Source: Candidatus Thorarchaeota archaeon (GTDB taxonomy: Archaea > Asgardarchaeota > Thorarchaeia > Thorarchaeales > Thorarchaeaceae). From it: DNA of 64,000 bases. The stretch lies in contig JBHIAE010000010.1 in the NCBI GenBank assembly GCA_046758445.1, positions 4,052-68,051 of the forward strand. The letters are read 5' to 3'. Below the pieces are notes generated by a model. It saw nothing but the letters and a program-made list of their open reading frames with translations. It did not search any database and was not told where the DNA came from. Below are positions 63,404 through 64,000 of this stretch, one piece after another. A program made the position numbers and the translations under genes. Numbering within the stretch: the stretch's first letter is position 1; each line of letters starts with the position of its first letter.

Positions 63404-64000
63404 ATGAACCAGAACGTGGTCAAAGATCTAATGCAAGACCTGAAAGAGCAGGCGAATCCTGCCAAAGCAGAGCACGTTGCCAAGTACATGAAGACTTCAC
63501 GTCTTCGTTTTCTCGGAATTCAAATCCCCCAAATTCGAAAGACTGCGCGCACGCATATCCGGTCACTTCCGATTGAGGATCTACCTGAGGTAGTAGGCTT
63601 GCTATGGAGAGAGAGTACCTTCGACTTCAGACTTGCAGCAATTGAGATCATGGGGAAGTACTCTGCAAAGGGGGATGTACAGAAGGCCCTCGACATGATC
63701 TCAGATATGATTGACGACATAGACACATGGTCCCTTTGCGATCCTCTCTGCATTGTATGTCTTGGGACACTTCTCATTCGAGATTGGTCGGTCGGGAGGA
63801 CAATTGCAGGTTGGCGTCATAGCGACAACTTTTGGAGACGTCGTTCCACGATATTGCCATACCTCCACCTGTCAAAGAAGAGTTTCTATCGAAAGGACTA
63901 TGCTGCCAAGGTGCTAGCTGCAATGGAACCCCACGTCACTGACAAAGAGTTCTTCGTGGGTAAGGCCGTCGGTTGGGTGTTGCGGGAATTGAGCAAGCGA
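63404..64000 (+). CDS. DNA alkylation repair protein (AlkD/AlkC-like HEAT repeats), partial, runs off the right edge
   Basis: Not in the ORF track. My translation from the ATG at 63404 reads MNQNVVKDLMQDLKEQANPAKAEHVAKYMKTSRLRFLGIQIPQIRK...FWRRRSTIL...FFVGKAVGWVLRELSKR, a classic family pattern. Confidence 0.8.
   Translation, partial: MNQNVVKDLMQDLKEQANPAKAEHVAKYMKTSRLRFLGIQIPQIRKTARTHIRSLPIEDLPEVVGLLWRESTFDFRLAAIEIMGKYSAKGDVQKALDMISDMIDDIDTWSLCDPLCIVCLGTLLIRDWSVGRTIAGWRHSDNFWRRRSTILPYLHLSKKSFYRKDYAAKVLAAMEPHVTDKEFFVGKAVGWVLRELSKR

Noticed and set aside
1-64000. CRISPR arrays, rRNA genes, IS elements, known defence systems
   Set aside because: I found no short regularly spaced repeats, no rRNA-like sequence, no transposase or integrase ORFs, and no cas or defence-type gene sets. 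The only sizeable nucleotide repeat I could find by eye is the 140-bp GT-C junction pair.

Overview
This window is a gene-dense chromosomal segment (about 65 protein genes and 2 tRNAs) from an archaeon. I found no rRNA, CRISPR array, transposase or integrase. Archaeal identity rests on family B DNA polymerase, primase PriL, ABCE1, a NurA-HerA-Mre11-Rad50 operon, an ArcS/RaSEA archaeosine pair, class V FBP aldolase/phosphatase, archaeal-type AspRS and TIM, tRNA-Arg(GCG), and TATA boxes about 26 nt upstream of transcript starts. The main feature is a compact eukaryote-type ESCRT locus at 1.8-6.9 kb. It holds a CHMP2/Vps2-like ESCRT-III gene, Vps4 (MIT+AAA), and the ESCRT-II subunits Vps25 and Vps22 (EAP30). 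Among prokaryotes I know ESCRT-II only from Asgard archaea; the moderate GC makes me guess a Thorarchaeota-like lineage, which I cannot verify. An uncharacterised 538-aa gene abuts the ESCRT-III gene stop-to-stop. It combines a zinc finger, a coiled coil and a GLUE/GRAM-like PH signature, and I flag it as a candidate unrecognised ESCRT-associated component. Other points worth a second look:
- a GIFT/IFT52-like domain protein;
- two paralogous GT-C glycosyltransferases separated by an opposite-strand TPR/zinc-ribbon gene, flanked by a 140-bp diverged direct repeat that marks the ends of a lost third paralog;
- a signal-less protein built of five beta-sandwich repeats;
- an MrfA/Hrq1-like helicase;
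- twin tRNA-Arg genes;
- an orphan SPPY methyltransferase;
- several palindromic intergenic elements.
All functional calls come from by-eye motif recognition. No database search was run. Many ORF-track starts are GTG/TTG, so 5' ends are provisional.
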